From an uncultured virus (IMG/VR IMGVR_UViG_3300042861_002374) (taxonomy: Varidnaviria; Bamfordvirae), in IMG/VR virus record IMGVR_UViG_3300042861_002374: a DNA stretch of 64,000 nucleotides. One strand, 5' to 3'. Shown here piece by piece: positions 19,441 through 31,071 of the stretch. Every line of letters begins with the position of its first letter. The first letter of the stretch is position 1. Position numbers and translations under genes: made by a program. A model generated the notes under the pieces. That model saw only the letters and a list, made by a program, of their open reading frames with translations. It had not been told where the DNA came from and searched no databases.

Positions 19441-20712
19441 ATGTCTATTATCGTAAATATTGACAACATTCCATGGGAAACTAGGAACAAAATAAATTCA
19501 GATCTTGAAATAAAAATAGAAAATAAATTTGCAGGTAGTAAACCTCGAATTATTTATCCTTTTGAAATTGAAGAAAATAATATAATATTACCTTTTGCAT
19601 ACGCGCTAACAAAAGTAAAAAATAAAAGACCAACTAGGGAATCTCTTTTACCGGCTGAGACTTCTTTTGAAGGAGTATTGAGACCAGAACAAAAAGAAGT
19701 TCGGAAAGAAGCTATTAAGCAATTGAGTAGTTCAGGGAGTATTTTGTTATCTATGTACTGCGGATTTGGGAAGAGTGCTACAAGCATGAAAATAGCTTGC
19801 GATATTGGCCTCAAGACACTGATCATCGTAAACAAAATTATATTGATAAAACAATGGGAGGAGGGGATTAATATATTCTGCCCATCAGCTTCTGTTCAAA
19901 AAATTACAACAAAATCAAAGAAAGAAGATTGTGATTTTTATATCATCAATGCACAAAATGTAGAGAAGATGGGAAAATTCTTCTTTTCTGATATTGGTAC
20001 TGTAATTGTTGACGAAGCTCATCTGATTATGGCTGAGACATTATCTCGTTGCCTTCAATTTATACATCCCAGATACTTGATTGGTTTGACAGCCACACCA
20101 TATAGAGTTGATGGCTTAAATCTGTTACTTGATTTTTACTTCGGAAAATATAAAATTATAAGAACATTATTCAGAGAACATATTGCTTATAAAGTTTGTA
20201 CAGGGTTTAAACCAACAGTTGAAAGAGCAATAAATGGAAGAGTCAACTGGTCTTCTGTCTTGGAATCTCAAGCCAATGATATAGATAGAAATGAATTGAT
20301 AATAAAAATTTTAAAACATTATTCTGAACGTAACTTTCTAGTTCTAACAAAACGGGTAGCACAAGGGGAATTTTTAGTGAAACGGTTAATAGAGGAAGGA
20401 GAAGATGTTACATCATTATTTGGAAGTAATCAAGAGTACAACATTACAAGTCGTATTCTAGTAGGAACCAACAGCAAGTGCGGAACTGGGTTTGACCACA
20501 GTAAGCTTGATGCATTACTACTCGCTTGCGATTTAGAACAATATTTTGTCCAATATCTTGGAAGGGTGTTCCGAACCAAAGATGTAAAACCTATCATATT
20601 CGATTTAGTAGATGATTATAGTTTGCTATCTAAACATTTTAACACCAGACGTAAGATATATCAAGACCTTGGTGGTGAAGTGCAAAATTTCGATATTAAC
20701 ATTTTAAAATGA
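19441..20712 (+). CDS. superfamily II helicase (A18-like)
   Basis: LRPEQ, CGFGKS, VDEAH, GLTATP, QYLGRVFR, IFDLVD. Confidence 0.92.
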   Translation: MSIIVNIDNIPWETRNKINSDLEIKIENKFAGSKPRIIYPFEIEENNIILPFAYALTKVKNKRPTRESLLPAETSFEGVLRPEQKEVRKEAIKQLSSSGSILLSMYCGFGKSATSMKIACDIGLKTLIIVNKIILIKQWEEGINIFCPSASVQKITTKSKKEDCDFYIINAQNVEKMGKFFFSDIGTVIVDEAHLIMAETLSRCLQFIHPRYLIGLTATPYRVDGLNLLLDFYFGKYKIIRTLFREHIAYKVCTGFKPTVERAINGRVNWSSVLESQANDIDRNELIIKILKHYSERNFLVLTKRVAQGEFLVKRLIEEGEDVTSLFGSNQEYNITSRILVGTNSKCGTGFDHSKLDALLLACDLEQYFVQYLGRVFRTKDVKPIIFDLVDDYSLLSKHFNTRRKIYQDLGGEVQNFDINILK

Positions 20713-21000
20713 CAATTTAACTATGCTACTCTTACAAACCTAAAAAATACACCGACATTTGTGATTGTACACATAGAAAGAGCGTAGATCATAGCAACTT
20801 TTTTAGAAATAGAATTTTTGGCAACCGATGAGTTTTGTCACTGAGGATATAATGCATACGTAATGACAAGACTGAAGATCGTATTACGAGAAGAAATGGT
20901 TAAACGTACGCTAAAGTGATAATGAAGAGTTGTTTTATTGAATAGTATAATCAAAATAAAAGAGGATGATCTTTTATTTTACGATTATATTTGATTTTTG

Positions 21001-21330
21001 TTATAGAATATTGTTTTGTTTAGAAAAACAAAGCTTCATTATGTACAACACAATATCATCAGGTATAAATTTTTTTAACACTTTCATACATTCATAATAC
21101 AACAAACCTTTAACACCGATTTTCCAAAAATTATAAATGCGATATAACTTACAAAATCGAACATCACATTTATGTGGTTTATCTGCTCTAGCAACCCATG
21201 ATATAACTTCACAACCTGTTCTATAATATTTCAAGTCAACACACGCCTTTGCTCTTTTTTTTGAAAGAGCTCTTCCGTGAACAATAATAATTGATTTATT
21301 TTCAGTAATTTTTGTCATACAAAGATACAT
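21001..21330 (-). CDS. hypothetical protein
   Basis: ATG ORF with AAAATTGA 34 nt upstream. Confidence 0.55.
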   Translation of the reverse strand: MYLCMTKITENKSIIIVHGRALSKKRAKACVDLKYYRTGCEVISWVARADKPHKCDVRFCKLYRIYNFWKIGVKGLLYYECMKVLKKFIPDDIVLYIMKLCFSKQNNIL

Positions 21331-21363
21331 TTTCAAAACTTTTCATTTTTTTCATCTTTTAAT

Positions 21364-21371
21364 TCAATTTT
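21364..21371 (-). promoter_or_regulatory. AAAATTGA early-promoter-like motif
   Basis: 34 nt upstream of ATG 21330. Confidence 0.55.
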
Positions 21372-21496
21372 ATAAATAATACAAACATTATTTTACTTTA
21401 ATTTTGGTATTTAAATTTAAATAACTAGTTCTTTATTTATTAAAACATTAACCAAATAAAAATGTTTGTATTTTTAAAATAAGGTGTTTTAAATAA

Positions 21497-24322
21497 ATGA
21501 TAATTGTAAATACTGTGATAGATAGTTCTACGATTTCTTCTATCTCCGATAACCCTATCTTTAATGCCACGCAATTACAATCCACTTCAATTGGAGATTT
21601 AAGTAATGTTGTGAATAATCAGGTTCTAACTTTTGTTGGAAACAAATGGGAAGGACAAAGTATTTCAGGTATAGGTTCAACAGGTGCAACTGGTTCCACC
21701 GGAGCTATAGGTTCCACCGGAGCTATAGGTTCAACTGGTGCTATAGGATCTACGGGAGTTACAGGTTCTACTGGTGCTATAGGATCAACTGGTGCTATAG
21801 GATCAACTGGTGCAACGGGTGTTATAGGATCTACGGGAGTTACAGGTTCAACGGGAGCTATAGGATCTACGGGAGTTACAGGTTCCACCGGAGCTGTAGG
21901 ATCTACGGGAGTTACAGGTTCCACCGGAGCTATAGGATCTACGGGAGTTACAGGTTCCACCGGAGCTATAGGATCTACGGGAGTTACAGGTTCCACCGGA
22001 GCTATAGGATCTACGGGAGTTACAGGTTCCACCGGAGCTATAGGATCTACGGGAGTTACAGGTTCAACGGGAGCTATAGGATCTACGGGAGCTACAGGTT
22101 CAACAGGTGCTATAGGATCAACAGGTTCAACAGGTGCAACCGGGTCTACGGGAGTTACAGGTTCCACCGGAGCTATAGGATCTACTGGAGTTACAGGTTC
22201 AACAGGTGCTATAGGATCTACGGGAGTTACAGGTTCCACAGGTGCTATAGGATCTACGGGAGTTACAGGTTCAACCGGTGCTATAGGATCAACGGGAGTT
22301 ACAGGTTCAACAGGCGCAACCGGGTCTACTGGAGTCTCTTTTTTTTCTGGAGCAGGTATTCCTTCGCAAACTCTTGCTAAAGTATCAGGTGATTCTTATA
22401 TTAATCAACTTAATGGAGATATTTATCAATGTTCTGTATTAAAACCTGCATATCCAGCTATCAGGAGTATTCCTGTATATACAGGAACTACTCACATTTG
22501 CTCTACCGAACAAGAGCTTAAAAACAACCAAACGTCTGCATCTGCTGGCGATATTCTTCTTGTTACAGCTGACATAGCGCTTACTTCACCTTTTACACTT
22601 TCAAAAGCTCTTAAACTTACTTCAAATACTGGTTCACATATTATTAGTTATGGTGCTGCTGGTGCAAATACATTAGTTGTTTCTGGTGATAATACTCTTA
22701 TAACAAATATTTTTATTAATTCCACATATAGTACTAACGCAGCTGATACAACGGAATGTGCAATTAATTATACTTCTCCAACAGCTATGCAAAATTATGT
22801 ACACAATATTACTATTACAACAAACGAGTACGGAATTATTTCAGATAATGTCCAAATTCAAATTACTAACACTAATTTTAGATTTTTTCCTATAGTGATA
22901 GAAGGTAATAAATACATTTCACTTTCAAGAAACACTGGAACTACTATTATTGATTCTTGTACTTTTTCAGGGTGTGCTTCAAACAATACTAATAATAATG
23001 CGACTCAATGCATTTATTTAGGTAATGCGACAAGTAGTAATTACAACGGAGGTGTACTCTCCATTCAAAACAATAATAATGGTTTTATAGGAATTACAGG
23101 TTCTACCGGAATTGTAGGAACTACAGGTCTCAATGTAGTGCAACGTGTTCTAATGGTTGAGACGTCTCTTGTTGGAACAAATTGTAGTTTTATGATCAAA
23201 AATAATATATTTTCTTGTATTAATGGATTTTGTGTATTTTATACTAAATATTGTTTGAGTGGTATTAAAGTTATAGTTATAGAAAATAACATAGAACTTT
23301 TGAATAGTGCTCATTATCCTGGAAATACTGGAACTGTTGGAATTATTTCATGTGATAATAGTTCATCTGGAAGTATCACTCCTATTCATATTTATTCTTC
23401 TGGAAATTACACAAATACATATATGCGTACTGGATATGGACAATTATATGATGACGCAGATATTGTTGGATATGATACTAGTGTGTTTGGTATTATTTCA
23501 AAATTCTATGTTTACGGATGGATATTTAGTGGTAGTTCCGTAGTAGGTGCTACTGGTATTCAGGGTGCTACTGGATCAACGGGTATTCAAGGTGCTACTG
23601 GTGCTACTGGATCAACTGGTATTCAGGGTGCTACTGGTGCTACAGGATCAACGGGTATTCAAGGTGCTACTGGTATTCAAGGTGCTACTGGTATTCAGGG
23701 TGCTACTGGTATTCAGGGTGCTACTGGTATTCAAGGTGCTACTGGTATTCAGGGTGCTACTGGTATTCAGGGTGCTACTGGTGCTACAGGATCTACGGGT
23801 ATTAAAGGTTCTACTGGTGCTACTGGATCACCAGCAGCTTTTCAATTACTTGAAGTTGGTTTTAGTACTATTACATCTGATCCTGGTGTTCGTATAAGTT
23901 CAAATAGTGATACTTTTTTTAACAATAAACTAGAACTTATTTACAATAATATAACAAACGCTACTTTAACTATAGCAACTTCTAGTATTACAATTCCACC
24001 CGGAACGTATTTGATATCTATTTGCGCTACTTTTATGGCAGAAGATACCGATATTACAAAAATATATACATGTTTAAAAGAGGGGAGTTCAACTGGTACT
24101 ACAATAGTTGCATCTGCATTAGGAACTTTAGCTGATAATACTTTTAGCAATCCGAAATCTTGTGTAACATTATGTGTTATAGATAGATATTATACAACAG
24201 TTACACAAAAGATAATAAAACCATATGTTTTATTTACTCCTGATAGTGCCGCGATGTATTTTTATACAGATAATGTATCTCTTACATACCCTTATACTTT
24301 ACAATTTAAAAAAATCGCATAA
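21497..24322 (+). CDS. collagen-like (Gly-X-Thr) repeat protein with central beta-helix-like domain
   Basis: GST/GAI/GVT triplets at about 21673-22333; GAT/GIQ triplets at about 23546-23830; Asn/Ile-rich middle. Confidence 0.9.
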   Translation: MIIVNTVIDSSTISSISDNPIFNATQLQSTSIGDLSNVVNNQVLTFVGNKWEGQSISGIGSTGATGSTGAIGSTGAIGSTGAIGSTGVTGSTGAIGSTGAIGSTGATGVIGSTGVTGSTGAIGSTGVTGSTGAVGSTGVTGSTGAIGSTGVTGSTGAIGSTGVTGSTGAIGSTGVTGSTGAIGSTGVTGSTGAIGSTGATGSTGAIGSTGSTGATGSTGVTGSTGAIGSTGVTGSTGAIGSTGVTGSTGAIGSTGVTGSTGAIGSTGVTGSTGATGSTGVSFFSGAGIPSQTLAKVSGDSYINQLNGDIYQCSVLKPAYPAIRSIPVYTGTTHICSTEQELKNNQTSASAGDILLVTADIALTSPFTLSKALKLTSNTGSHIISYGAAGANTLVVSGDNTLITNIFINSTYSTNAADTTECAINYTSPTAMQNYVHNITITTNEYGIISDNVQIQITNTNFRFFPIVIEGNKYISLSRNTGTTIIDSCTFSGCASNNTNNNATQCIYLGNATSSNYNGGVLSIQNNNNGFIGITGSTGIVGTTGLNVVQRVLMVETSLVGTNCSFMIKNNIFSCINGFCVFYTKYCLSGIKVIVIENNIELLNSAHYPGNTGTVGIISCDNSSSGSITPIHIYSSGNYTNTYMRTGYGQLYDDADIVGYDTSVFGIISKFYVYGWIFSGSSVVGATGIQGATGSTGIQGATGATGSTGIQGATGATGSTGIQGATGIQGATGIQGATGIQGATGIQGATGIQGATGIQGATGATGSTGIKGSTGATGSPAAFQLLEVGFSTITSDPGVRISSNSDTFFNNKLELIYNNITNATLTIATSSITIPPGTYLISICATFMAEDTDITKIYTCLKEGSSTGTTIVASALGTLADNTFSNPKSCVTLCVIDRYYTTVTQKIIKPYVLFTPDSAAMYFYTDNVSLTYPYTLQFKKIA

Positions 24323-24402
24323 ATATTTCATCTTGTTGAAGAGTTACAAATTTTATATAGTAAAATATTATTTTAGTAGGTATTAGATATACATGATTAG
24401 AG

Positions 24403-24428
24403 AGTTAATACCAATATTGGTATTAACT
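24403..24428. terminator. perfect 26-bp palindrome between convergent genes
   Basis: agttaataccaatattggtattaact. Confidence 0.7.
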
Positions 24429-24582
24429 AAATTTATTAAACAGTATACATTCTCTTTTTAAGTTTGACACTCGCATTGCCAACGAGCTTTGCTGCAGTTT
24501 TCAATATTACTTTTGCAAATCGGGCAGTCCAAAGTCTCATCTTGTATTTGATTTACAAAAGAGACATTCAAATTAACACTAT

Positions 24583-25017
24583 TTAGATTTTATATGGTTT
24601 TTTATAAATTGGTATGGAATAACGCTCATTATTATATAGTCTTTTATTTGCTTCTTGAACTCGTGTTTTTTCTCGTTGATTACGAAAAAGTAGTTCTCCA
24701 TTACGAATTGGAATATAATTTGCAATACCTGGTATCGAAATAAAACCTAATTTATAATCTTGTTCTTGAACTTTATTAGGATATATCATAAGCTGTTCAA
24801 GAGTTACACACTTTTTTACAAAATTAATACTAACTGTGGATTTACATACACCACATTTTAAAAAATCAGAATTAGTGATTTCTGACCATTTTTTGTAACA
24901 TTTAGGATGTACATAAGTCGTTTTACACAGACAACCTGGTTGAATAAGTTGTTTTTTCTTTCCTAAACAAATATCTTTAGATTTTGTTTCAGTATTTTCT
25001 TCCAAAATAGATGTCAT
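24583..25017 (-). CDS. RING-variant-like zinc finger protein
   Basis: PGCLCK...VHPKCYKKW...CGVCK. Confidence 0.6.
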   Translation of the reverse strand: MTSILEENTETKSKDICLGKKKQLIQPGCLCKTTYVHPKCYKKWSEITNSDFLKCGVCKSTVSINFVKKCVTLEQLMIYPNKVQEQDYKLGFISIPGIANYIPIRNGELLFRNQREKTRVQEANKRLYNNERYSIPIYKKPYKI

Positions 25018-25056
25018 TATATGTAGTCAATGTTTATTAACGTTGTATTATAAAAA

Positions 25057-25064
25057 TCAATTTT
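25057..25064 (-). promoter_or_regulatory. AAAATTGA early-promoter-like motif
   Basis: 40 nt upstream of ATG 25017. Confidence 0.55.
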
Positions 25065-25098
25065 ATTATACATTTTAAGTGCCGACTTTATTTTTGTA

Positions 25099-27138
25099 TT
25101 ATTCCTTCTCTCCATCATACATCATTATAGCTCTTCTAAAATACAGGTCAAAGTCTGTTAATGATATAAGATCTTTAAACTCTTCTGCGAGTTCTTCTCG
25201 AATATTAGAGACATGACTTCTAAAAAAGAGAGAAAAATTTCTACGTTCAGAATATCTAGAACTTTTTATTGCCATTTCATTTAGAACTAATTCTTTAAAA
25301 TCTTCTAGACACTTTTCAATTTTTTCATCTCTGCATTCCGATAAAAATTCTACCACCAAATCACGAGTCTGAGGAGGCTTATTTAGTTCACCTTTAAGTT
25401 TCAACTCGATTTCTTCTTTAAGTTCTTTCCTTTCTTTGTCAAGCAACCATAATTCAACAACATCTTCTACCCTCTCGTTTCTGAAGATACTTCTATCTTC
25501 AGTTATGCTACGAGCTTTGGCGTTTAATCTTCCAACAAAATTAGCTATTATCTGGTCTTTAAAAGAAATTCTAATGTTAAAATCTCCGTAACCACTAATT
25601 ATGTTGACCAAGCGTGATGCAAAACCGGAAGAACAAGTACCGCTCATCTCTTCTAGTTCTTCAAGCATTCTTTTATGTAACTCGATTCTAGTTTCATTGT
25701 CTTGATAACCAATGTAAGTATAAATTTTTAGAAGAATGTTCAAAAGAGTGTTATTAAATTTAGAATATAATGCTCGATCAATGAAAATTCTTGTCATAGA
25801 TATTCTAATTTTTTCATTTCTAGCATATAAATTTGTGCAATTTTCTGAGCAAAAAGAATCATTGTAATCTAAAACATCACATTCACAGTATTTACATCTT
25901 TTTTCGATTGTATCGCAAATCAAGCGACAATTCCTAGCATCTCTGATTTGATCTTTAAGAATATTTTCTATACGAGAATTGACATATTCAAACCCTATAG
26001 GATTATTATTATGGATATATATTGAAAAAGAACTTAAAAATTCTAATGCTTCAGAAACAGATTCTTCTACTTCTTCTGTGTGAACATTCTGCGAGTTGTC
26101 AAACACAGTGCGTATATGACTGCTTCCTGATAGAGATAATTGCTTTATTACATCCATTCCTCTTTCTCTCGAAGTGACCGAACCAAATCTAAGTAATATA
26201 TCAGCTGAATCTGCCCTAAGATTGTAATCTAATTCTGTATCCTCTGCAAATTCTAAAATCTGATTTTCAATACTATCTCGATTTATGTCACTTATATCAC
26301 AATTTTTCAATAGGTATTGTCCAGATATATTTCTATAATATATTGGATTTTTATTATAAAAAAAGAAAGTCAACTGAGCCTTTTCAATAAAAAAATCTTT
26401 TCCACACTTTCTTTCAGGAAACATAATCTTGTATACTTTTTTAAGATCATAATATGAAAGATCTCTAATAATAAGTCTCCAATTTTTTTTGGTTTTTTCA
26501 CATAGTGATAGATGTTTGTATAATTTATCTTTTTCTGCCAATTCAAGTTCTTGTTTCATCTCTTCAGAACCTATCTTTTCTAAAGAGAGAATAGTAGTGT
26601 AACGAAATTCGCATTCAATATTTTCTGATCGAATAAACTCTCTAAAATAAGAATCAGCGTTTGTTTGAAAAATATCTGAACTCATGAGAAGAAAAATAGC
26701 TTCTACCCTACACGGAGTAGGCATATTAGAAAGATCGTAACATACATGATCAAGTGCTTTATATCCTAATGTTTTACGAGCTATATTATTAGCTATAATT
26801 TCTTCTTGTCGATCATCATCATCTGCTTCTTCGTAATCTAATATACATTTTGCTGATTCTGCTTTCAGAAAAGGTGAAATAAGCCCATGTGTACATATAC
26901 GATAAAAAAAATGTTCTATCAGTTTACTTCCGCTCATCTGATACATTGAAGAAAGAGTTCGGATTATTTCTATTGCATTGTCACCTCTTTCTTCATAGTA
27001 TTTTTCAAACGCGTTCATACGTTTGTCTAGTGATTTAGACAAGTTCATAACAATCGATGGAAGATTATCCAACTCATCGTCAGAATCATCTGATAAATAA
27101 ATTTTATTTATTAATTCATCAACTTCTGTTGTTGACAT
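25099..27138 (-). CDS. conserved giant-virus helical protein
   Basis: 679 aa; DNSQNVH and EMSGTCSSGFASRLVN motifs recalled from NCLDV proteins. Confidence 0.7.
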   Translation of the reverse strand: MSTTEVDELINKIYLSDDSDDELDNLPSIVMNLSKSLDKRMNAFEKYYEERGDNAIEIIRTLSSMYQMSGSKLIEHFFYRICTHGLISPFLKAESAKCILDYEEADDDDRQEEIIANNIARKTLGYKALDHVCYDLSNMPTPCRVEAIFLLMSSDIFQTNADSYFREFIRSENIECEFRYTTILSLEKIGSEEMKQELELAEKDKLYKHLSLCEKTKKNWRLIIRDLSYYDLKKVYKIMFPERKCGKDFFIEKAQLTFFFYNKNPIYYRNISGQYLLKNCDISDINRDSIENQILEFAEDTELDYNLRADSADILLRFGSVTSRERGMDVIKQLSLSGSSHIRTVFDNSQNVHTEEVEESVSEALEFLSSFSIYIHNNNPIGFEYVNSRIENILKDQIRDARNCRLICDTIEKRCKYCECDVLDYNDSFCSENCTNLYARNEKIRISMTRIFIDRALYSKFNNTLLNILLKIYTYIGYQDNETRIELHKRMLEELEEMSGTCSSGFASRLVNIISGYGDFNIRISFKDQIIANFVGRLNAKARSITEDRSIFRNERVEDVVELWLLDKERKELKEEIELKLKGELNKPPQTRDLVVEFLSECRDEKIEKCLEDFKELVLNEMAIKSSRYSERRNFSLFFRSHVSNIREELAEEFKDLISLTDFDLYFRRAIMMYDGEKE

Positions 27139-27207
27139 CGTTTTTTCTCTTAGTTTGATACTTTAAACATATTTTGATAACTTTTATAAATTAAATTATA
27201 GTAATAA

Positions 27208-28317
27208 ATGAGTTTTTTAGAACTTTACGAAGTAAAACTTTACGAAGAAGTAGAACTTTACCAATATGAAAGTCCTATATATAATATTTTGTATGATTCT
27301 ATGAATAACGATGATGCCTTGTATGAAATACTCAGAAAATCTTTTTGGTTAGAAATGAACAACGATTATAAAGAAACAGATCGTTTTTTAAAAATTCAAA
27401 AGACAAAACTTGCGCAAGAAATCGAACAATACAAAAGTAGAACTCCTGAAAATTTTGAAAAATACGAAACTCAAATAAAGCCATACATAGATTTTATGAA
27501 AAAACAAAAAGACCTATTTGGAAGTGACAATTTTTATAATTTTACTTTTAACAAATCAACTAAAGGATTTCAAGTAGATATTAAAAGACCAAAAGGAACA
27601 AGCACAAGGACTGACATACTTAGTGATTCTGCAAAAGATTTAGAAACTTCTTCTTGTTTTTGTCCTATCCTAAGTATAACACCTGATAATTACATAGATG
27701 TCATAACACAACTATACGATGCCGAAGTATTGCACGATAAAGAAAAACTATTTAAGAATATAGAAACACATATAGTTGAAAAAGGTCCTAAAAAAGGTTT
27801 TGAGGAAGCTTATAGGCAAATCAAATTGGCATATATAGCAAGAATAAATGAATATAAAGTACATCTTCAAGTTAAACCAGAATATCAATTTTGGGTTTTA
27901 CAAATATTGAATAATCTTATACGATCAAGCGAGAATTTTAAAGCATGTGTTGAAGGTATAAAAATGCATAATTTTTACGATGTTGTGAACGATCCAGAAA
28001 AAAATGTTCCATCTATTGTTATTTACCTATCAGGAAATAATCTAAAACAAACAGACCAAGAAAAAAAGACTTGTGCCAAGACTGTGGTCAATATTTTAAT
28101 AAATACTTTTAAAGAATATTCAGCTGAAATAGGTCTTAATAAAACACCTAGATACAACCGTCGTGTTAATGAGCTTATTTATTGGTCTAATGGTCCTGGA
28201 GATGTAAAGGTCAAAATGGAGAAAGAGGGTATTTTAGATGTTTATTTTTCCAAAGAAAGTAATTATTCTTGTCTAAATTCTCTAGATTGCCATGATTTTA
28301 GTATAGAAATTGATTAA
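27208..28317 (+). CDS. hypothetical protein
   Basis: 369-aa ORF; YKVHLQV, PSIVIY, PRYN motifs. Confidence 0.7.
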   Translation: MSFLELYEVKLYEEVELYQYESPIYNILYDSMNNDDALYEILRKSFWLEMNNDYKETDRFLKIQKTKLAQEIEQYKSRTPENFEKYETQIKPYIDFMKKQKDLFGSDNFYNFTFNKSTKGFQVDIKRPKGTSTRTDILSDSAKDLETSSCFCPILSITPDNYIDVITQLYDAEVLHDKEKLFKNIETHIVEKGPKKGFEEAYRQIKLAYIARINEYKVHLQVKPEYQFWVLQILNNLIRSSENFKACVEGIKMHNFYDVVNDPEKNVPSIVIYLSGNNLKQTDQEKKTCAKTVVNILINTFKEYSAEIGLNKTPRYNRRVNELIYWSNGPGDVKVKMEKEGILDVYFSKESNYSCLNSLDCHDFSIEID

Positions 28318-28334
28318 AAAAGTATATAATAAAG

Positions 28335-28832
28335 ATGAAATGTTCCAATTATGAATTTTGCGAAAGTAATAGAGTTAATGGTATTGAGTCAGAATATTGT
28401 ATGGACTGTGGAACTTGGTTTAAGTTTGGCAATGGATGGAATAAATTGGATATAATAAATACTACAGAAGAATGCGCAGTATGTATGAATTCATATAAGA
28501 AAAAAGTTATGTTTCCTACAAAATGCGGACATTCGTTTTGTATAAGATGCTCCAGAGATATTCTGTTATGGAATGAAAATAGATATCGTTTATCTCCAGT
28601 TCAATATGGTTGTCCTCCATGTCCGAATGGTTGTAAAAATCCTGAAAAAGGTCCGCAATGTGATTGTGAAGAGTATTCGACAATACAAGAAAAATGGATA
28701 TTATCAAATCCATCTGATTATAAAAGATGGTCTAGTGATGAAGGTTTTTCTATATCTAATGGTGAAAAAGACAATTCATATGGTAGCCTAACATGTCCAT
28801 TATGTAGAAAAAAATATATTCGAATAAAATAA
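28335..28832 (+). CDS. RING finger protein with Cys-rich insertion
   Basis: CAVC...CGHSFCIRC...CPLCR. Confidence 0.8.
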   Translation: MKCSNYEFCESNRVNGIESEYCMDCGTWFKFGNGWNKLDIINTTEECAVCMNSYKKKVMFPTKCGHSFCIRCSRDILLWNENRYRLSPVQYGCPPCPNGCKNPEKGPQCDCEEYSTIQEKWILSNPSDYKRWSSDEGFSISNGEKDNSYGSLTCPLCRKKYIRIK

Positions 28833-28912
28833 TAGAGAAACTGGATATTATCCAACTCATTTGAATAATAAATTGATATTTTTAAAGAACTTCTCTATGT
28901 AAAAGAAAATTA

Positions 28913-29134
28913 ATGGAAAACAGACTGAGCAAATTTGAAAAAGTTAGAATATTAGGTCAAAGAGCTGAACAAATATCAATGGGTGCACCTATAATGGTAG
29001 ACATCACAGGTCTGAAAGACGCTTTATCCATCGCAGAAAAAGAGTTTCTCGAGCGCAAAATACCATTCATTGTCGAACGTACTTATCCTGACGGTAAAGT
29101 AAGGAAAATGCATCTTTCTGAAATGGAATATTAA
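28913..29134 (+). CDS. rpb6: RNA polymerase subunit RPB6
   Basis: LSKFEKVRILGQRAEQISMGAP...IAEKE...KIPFIVERTYPDG. Confidence 0.95.
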   Translation: MENRLSKFEKVRILGQRAEQISMGAPIMVDITGLKDALSIAEKEFLERKIPFIVERTYPDGKVRKMHLSEMEY

Positions 29135-29166
29135 ATTCTTCATATTCAAAATAATATGAAGAAATG

Positions 29167-30573
29167 TCATATATTGTCGATTAAAATCTTTGTAAACTCT
29201 TCCATAAAAATAGTATCTATCTTTGGAAAAAATCCAGTTATTTTGTGTTCGATAATCAAATTTTTTATTCGATCATCAAGAGAATCAATAATCATTTTTC
29301 CTAAGATTGCTCCTTCTAGGTCTACTATTATATCACCATTAAAATCTTTATACTTTAAGAATTCAACTTTATGTTCTGAATCATAATAATAGTCATCAAT
29401 AATAAGCCGGTTGTTTAAAGGATAAGATAATGCATAATCGGCATACCCCTCCGGACCTCTTAAAATATGCTCTATAGTTAGAAACTTTGCATTTTCCAAC
29501 AACCATTCTTTTGTTATTGATAAATCAAGTTGTTCATTTGTAATCAGTTGTTTAGCGCAATTTTTTCCTGTAAGTTTCGCCATTGTTCTATTGAATAATC
29601 CAGGTTTTATTTCTAGTTCTCTGATAGAACTCTCATTCATAACAATGTCTTTAAAAGCAGTTGGGTTTTTTACCGATTCCTCTGCCGCAAACTTGCTTGC
29701 TTTTCTCTTAAGAGGTAAATGAACTTTGTTGATTAAATGAGAGTTTTTATAATCAACAACATGTTCACCATTAACATCGATGTGATGAAATGTACCGCGT
29801 TCTGTATCAGTACAAACTATTTGAGATTTACCGTTTGAGTCTGTAAGGATATGCTTATGAATTATCTGCGCAGCTCCTTTCTGACCTTCATAGAAATCGT
29901 TTTTTGTATATTTTTCATCTATTATGCTGTCAACACGGGCCTGAGTTAAATCAAGAGGAGTAAGACTTGAGATCATCAAATTATTCTGAATATTTTTAGT
30001 GCTGTTTTTCTGATAAGTAGGTTGTTTAGCTATCTCTTCAAATCGTTCGGCAAGATTTTTATATATTTCTTTTTCATCTTTTTCTTTTTCAGTCTTCATT
30101 TTTAAAATAGATATTTCTTGTTCTTTTTTCATCATAGCAATTTCTTTTTCAGATTTTAACTTGTTATTCTCATCAATAAGAGATTGATTTTTTTTCTTAC
30201 ATATTGCGTCGTGTCTGCTAAAATTTCCACACGAAAAATTCTTACAACAAAATTTACAAGTAACTAAACACGAGATAATTTCTTCGGAATTTTGAGCTTC
30301 TTGTATTTTTAGGCAGTATTTTGCTTGTTTTTGATGACTAGAAAGTATATATTTAGTTGTGCATTGTTTACCACAAAACTGACAAGTTAATTCTTTAGAT
30401 TTCTCTTTTAAAGAGAGTTCTTTTGCTTCTTCTTTCTTTTTAGCTTCTTCAAGTGCTTTATCTAAAGCTTGTTGTATTTCTTCTTGTATTTTAAGACAAT
30501 ATTTAGTATTCTTCTGATGTTGACGTAGCATTTGAGTATTTCCAAAGATATTATTGCAAAAATTACATTCCAT
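29167..30573 (-). CDS. C2HC zinc-finger / coiled-coil family protein with duplicated C-terminal domain
   Basis: Three Cx2C...H...C fingers (HQKxxKYC), coiled coil, N-rich linker, IVCTDxxR domain plus degenerate second copy. Confidence 0.8.
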   Translation of the reverse strand: MECNFCNNIFGNTQMLRQHQKNTKYCLKIQEEIQQALDKALEEAKKKEEAKELSLKEKSKELTCQFCGKQCTTKYILSSHQKQAKYCLKIQEAQNSEEIISCLVTCKFCCKNFSCGNFSRHDAICKKKNQSLIDENNKLKSEKEIAMMKKEQEISILKMKTEKEKDEKEIYKNLAERFEEIAKQPTYQKNSTKNIQNNLMISSLTPLDLTQARVDSIIDEKYTKNDFYEGQKGAAQIIHKHILTDSNGKSQIVCTDTERGTFHHIDVNGEHVVDYKNSHLINKVHLPLKRKASKFAAEESVKNPTAFKDIVMNESSIRELEIKPGLFNRTMAKLTGKNCAKQLITNEQLDLSITKEWLLENAKFLTIEHILRGPEGYADYALSYPLNNRLIIDDYYYDSEHKVEFLKYKDFNGDIIVDLEGAILGKMIIDSLDDRIKNLIIEHKITGFFPKIDTIFMEEFTKILIDNI

Positions 30574-30779
30574 TTTCTTTTATTTATTTCATTTGTTTTT
30601 AAATTAAACATTCATTTTTTTCTGATAAAAATATTACTTTTTTCTGATAAAATAAAAAGAGAAAAAAAGAAAAAAAATAAGAAATTTTAAGACAAAATAG
30701 TGACTATTCTCTGATAAAAGTCATTTTTTGTAAAAAAATTGAAATGTGTGTGTGTAAGACGCGTTTTAAAAACCATTTC

Positions 30780-30935
30780 TCCTAAAAAATGATTTTCGCA
30801 CGAACTTTTTAAAAAAGGCGGAGGAGCAAAAAAAAGTTTTTGGTTTTTCAATTTCTTTCCTAATATTTTAAGAAATTTATACAAAATTTCCTTTGAATTT
30901 GTATTTTTTTTCTCCTCCTCCTCCTTTTTTGAATC
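30780..30935 (-). repeat. conserved inverted-repeat non-coding element, copy A
   Basis: aaaaaaggcggaggag (30811-30826) pairs 15/16 with ctcctcctcctttttt (30915-30930); central gaaattt-ataca-aaatttc; homologous to 42778-42910. Confidence 0.8.
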
Positions 30936-31071
30936 AATTCGTTTAAAGATTCAACTCTATAATGAGTAAGAAGCTAATAATGCGATAAATTAACAGGAGG
31001 AAGATTGTAAATCAAAATAGGTGTTCCTTTTTGATTAAATTTTTACTCCAAATCTAATTCAAGAGTGTCTT

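Noticed and set aside
21619..22380. Repetitive alternative-frame and antisense ORFs; CRISPR-like appearance
   Set aside because: Shadows of the 9/27-bp collagen codon repeats; no unique spacers
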